Positions 61,777-64,000 of a stretch of 64,000 nt of DNA are shown here, in pieces. Origin of the DNA: an uncultured virus (IMG/VR IMGVR_UViG_2540341072_000002) (Duplodnaviria > Heunggongvirae > Uroviricota > Caudoviricetes); the IMG/VR virus record IMGVR_UViG_2540341072_000002; one strand, 5' to 3'. The notes under the pieces are model-generated. The model was not told where the DNA came from, made no database searches, and saw nothing but the letters and a program-made list of their open reading frames with translations. The translations under genes and the position numbers were made by a program. The first letter of the stretch is position 1. Each line of letters begins with the position of its first letter.

Positions 61777-61908
61777 TTATAGCCGCTTCCATTCAACATA
61801 CTCGAACCGCTTCTGATACAAGTCTTCAAGTATAGCAGCCCATTCAATCCAACCTTCTGCAACAATGTTTTTCTTTTCTCCATTCTCAATCCACTCTATC
61901 CAATACAC
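61777..61908 (-). CDS. yopG: 43-aa Trp-rich protein
   Basis: Read manually; AGGAG RBS, GTG start. Confidence 0.6.
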
Positions 61909-61918
61909 CTGAACACTC

Positions 61919-62134
61919 CTAACGCTTTACGACTTGAATTTCCCTTACCTCACATTGCACATTACACTTCGTTTTAAGCTCACTTGCTACCTCGATGACT
62001 TCTAACATATTATGTATTTTAGAAGCTTCATGGAGGTCGCTAGATGTCAAATAACCACTCTCATCTAATTTAAATGCTTTAAAGTATTCCTTGTTTTCAA
62101 ACTGCAGTACATAAAAATAATCAATCAAAGGCAT
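61919..62134 (-). CDS. yopF: Hypothetical protein
   Basis: ORF track. Confidence 0.7.
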   Translation of the reverse strand: MPLIDYFYVLQFENKEYFKAFKLDESGYLTSSDLHEASKIHNMLEVIEVASELKTKCNVQCEVREIQVVKR

Positions 62135-62137
62135 AAA

Positions 62138-62389
62138 TCAACCTCTTTTAAATAATTTTGTAATCCTCATTGCCAATGGCAGTAAACCAATTAACATAAA
62201 AAAAGCAATCACATTAAGCTTATTTTTGAAAAACAGGCTGGCCAAATTCCTTTCCATGCCCGCTGCTGTTTCTTTATCCATGAGTTCTTTAAACTCTTCA
62301 TCATAGACCTGATCAACAAAAATAAACTTAATGCCAGTCAATAATCCAACTCCAAGCCAAATAATTAAAAAATAAGCTAATCCAATCAT
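62138..62389 (-). CDS. yopE: Small membrane protein
   Basis: 2 TM, GGGAGG RBS. Confidence 0.7.
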   Translation of the reverse strand: MIGLAYFLIIWLGVGLLTGIKFIFVDQVYDEEFKELMDKETAAGMERNLASLFFKNKLNVIAFFMLIGLLPLAMRITKLFKRG

Positions 62390-62459
62390 TTGTTCCCTCC
62401 CTATATCGAACGAAATTTGGTATTCTTGAGTATGTTGAATAAATTATGTAGGTGATCTT

Positions 62460-62639
62460 GTGGAAGAGAAATACGAAACAAACGGATATGACACTTCAAT
62501 CGTATATGATTACAAAGAATATCCTGATGTAAAATACGGCCGCTGCGACAATTGTGATTACACTTTGTTTAAAAGCTCTGTGAAGAGTGGAATATTTTTA
62601 CGTGAATGCAGAAGGTGTGGCATGAAAAAGAGCATTTAG
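62460..62639 (+). CDS. 59-aa zinc-ribbon protein
   Basis: Read manually: CDNC...CRRC; AGGTGA RBS; terminator at 62625-62654. Confidence 0.65.
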   Translation: MEEKYETNGYDTSIVYDYKEYPDVKYGRCDNCDYTLFKSSVKSGIFLRECRRCGMKKSI

Positions 62640-62740
62640 TGTAATGCTCTTTTTGTTTAAAACACTTCTTTTATCTTGATTCTTTATGCTCTCGGATTAA
62701 GACGCGTAATCGTGTTAAGGTTAGCATAAGGAGTGATACC

Positions 62741-62971
62741 TTGCTAAAAGTTGCAAAAATTTCGGTTTCTTGCATTGTATTAGTCTTGTGCATATACTCA
62801 TTGTTCAATCAAAATGAATTATTGTTGATTGTTGTGCAATTATTTGTTGCCGCCCTTTTATCATTAGTCGGAGTTGAAGCGATATTAAGCAAACAAAAAC
62901 TGTCCGAATATTTACTGTTTGGATCAGCAGCCTTCTTACTTGTTGTAAACGGTGTGAAATTCATAATTTAA
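62741..62971 (+). CDS. Small membrane protein (3 TM)
   Basis: Hydrophobic ORF, AAGGAG RBS. Confidence 0.7.
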   Translation: MLKVAKISVSCIVLVLCIYSLFNQNELLLIVVQLFVAALLSLVGVEAILSKQKLSEYLLFGSAAFLLVVNGVKFII

Positions 62972-62975
62972 TATG

Positions 62976-63371
62976 TTAATTTCGTAGGAATATCGAATCC
63001 CAAAACCAATAAATAAACGCAGCTACAATACTCATAATGTAATACTCAAAGCTTCTGAACATGGTAAGAGCATTTGGCGGATAATCAACAAACCAGAACA
63101 AAAACACAGCTGAAAAGGCCACTGCAATATAAATTAAAAAATTGATCAAACTGAATTTTCTGCGCCTTCTTCTTAGCCACACTTGCAAAGGGGCAGCAAA
63201 CACCAAGTAAGTGATTAAAGCGTAAAATGCAATGATGGCAATTGTGACTAATGCTATTGCCATAAATCCAGAGTAAACAAACAGATACAGACCAAAAATT
63301 AGACCAAATGACAAACTTGAAAACGCCAGAGTATAAACATAACTGTTTAACGCTTTTTGATTGAGGCTCAA
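62976..63371 (-). CDS. yopD: Membrane protein (4 TM)
   Basis: Hydrophobic ORF, GGAGGTG RBS. Confidence 0.75.
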   Translation of the reverse strand: MSLNQKALNSYVYTLAFSSLSFGLIFGLYLFVYSGFMAIALVTIAIIAFYALITYLVFAAPLQVWLRRRRRKFSLINFLIYIAVAFSAVFLFWFVDYPPNALTMFRSFEYYIMSIVAAFIYWFWDSIFLRN

Positions 63372-63428
63372 ATCAGCACCTCCGCTTGTTTCACATTTCC
63401 CTTTAAAATCGTAGTTTTTAGATTTCAG

Positions 63429-64000
63429 TTACAGTTGGTCTTTAACAACTGATCTATATCTAATTAAAAAGGCCTCTAGTCTCCCCAACTCTGTTTTATG
63501 GTAATCATGATGAGTCCCTTCGGTTTCTGGAAATAATGGATTTTTGATAGGAAGCGATTCTGGTGAGTCCTTATGACTTTGGAACGTTTCCCAAGCTACG
63601 GGGTCAGATATTTGGAATGTCTCGCCCAATAACGAACAATGTCCACTGTCTTTTCTTTGCCTAACAGGAATAGCATAATTCTTATATAGCTTGTAATTTT
63701 CAATTGTTTGTCTGTTAATCTTAGAAGACAAATAACAGATTCCCCAGTATTCCGAAGACTCTGTCTGTTTAACCCATTCAAGCAAAAATTGAGGAATGAT
63801 ATATTCTGGTTTAAAAATGTCTTTTTGTTTTTTTACTCTAATTAGGCATGCAGATATTAAAATCCATGTCATAAAGTATGCATTAAATTTATATATTTTT
63901 CTTCTAAATGTTATTTCAAAAAATTTCTTTAGATTATCTGCCAGTTCCGTAGGTGAAACACTTAAATCCAGAATTTTTATATCTTCATCCTCAAGGTGAA
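63429..64000 (-). CDS. yopC: 3' part of a RES-domain-like protein (start outside the window)
   Basis: Frame open to the window edge; EYIIPQ...GICYLS motif. Confidence 0.6.
   Translation of the reverse strand, partial: HLEDEDIKILDLSVSPTELADNLKKFFEITFRRKIYKFNAYFMTWILISACLIRVKKQKDIFKPEYIIPQFLLEWVKQTESSEYWGICYLSSKINRQTIENYKLYKNYAIPVRQRKDSGHCSLLGETFQISDPVAWETFQSHKDSPESLPIKNPLFPETEGTHHDYHKTELGRLEAFLIRYRSVVKDQL

Larger units (their letters stand above)
3572..63425. repeat. Dispersed 28-bp palindromic element TYYnnwTAAAA-N6-TTTTAwnnRRA (about 27 copies)
   Basis: Perfect TAAAA-N6-TTTTA cores start at 3578, 5163, 7028, 8248, 9622, 17855, 18790, 19910, 21281, 22661, 36829, 40764, 41198, 43574, 43933, 47927, 48728, 49441, 50253, 60156, 62658; one-mismatch cores at 4934, 16249, 22812, 44966, 52639, 63404. 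Confidence 0.85.

Noticed and set aside
3572..63425. Interpreting the dispersed repeats as a CRISPR array or as intrinsic terminators
   Set aside because: Not tandem or regularly spaced and no cas genes; the stems are AT-only, unlike the GC-rich terminators in the window.

Overview
Bacillus subtilis chromosome segment. It matches strain 168 by recognisable gene order and protein sequences, and almost all of it is the left part of prophage SPbeta. Bases 1-1931 are host DNA: the phytase gene phy and the 5' half of spsM, which is cut at the attL core ACAGATAAAGCTGTAT (1924-1939). From about 1932 to the window end the DNA is prophage, mostly on the minus strand. It contains sprB, a RecU-like resolvase, many small accessory ORFs, sspC and dUTPase. 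Next comes the class Ib ribonucleotide reductase module, with two group I introns (808 nt carrying an HNH gene; 252 nt) and a 385-aa intein. After that are the MazE-like yosL, the multispecific C5 methyltransferase mtbP, a replication operon (DnaE, RecJ, primase, helicase, AAA ATPase, SSB), yorA/yoqZ depolymerase-like genes, SRAP-ligB and a Rha antirepressor. The right end holds the yopM-yopR repression operon and the arbitrium locus aimR-aimP (peptide GMPRGA) with its ATCACT-N25-AGTGAT operator. The most striking unexplained pattern is a 28-bp 11-6-11 palindrome, TYYnnwTAAAA-N6-TTTTAwnnRRA. I found it about 27 times, all at gene boundaries in the accessory regions, and often overlapping the upstream stop codon. 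It looks like a tyrosine-recombinase cassette site. y-gene names were assigned from recalled SPbeta gene order and protein length, with no database search.
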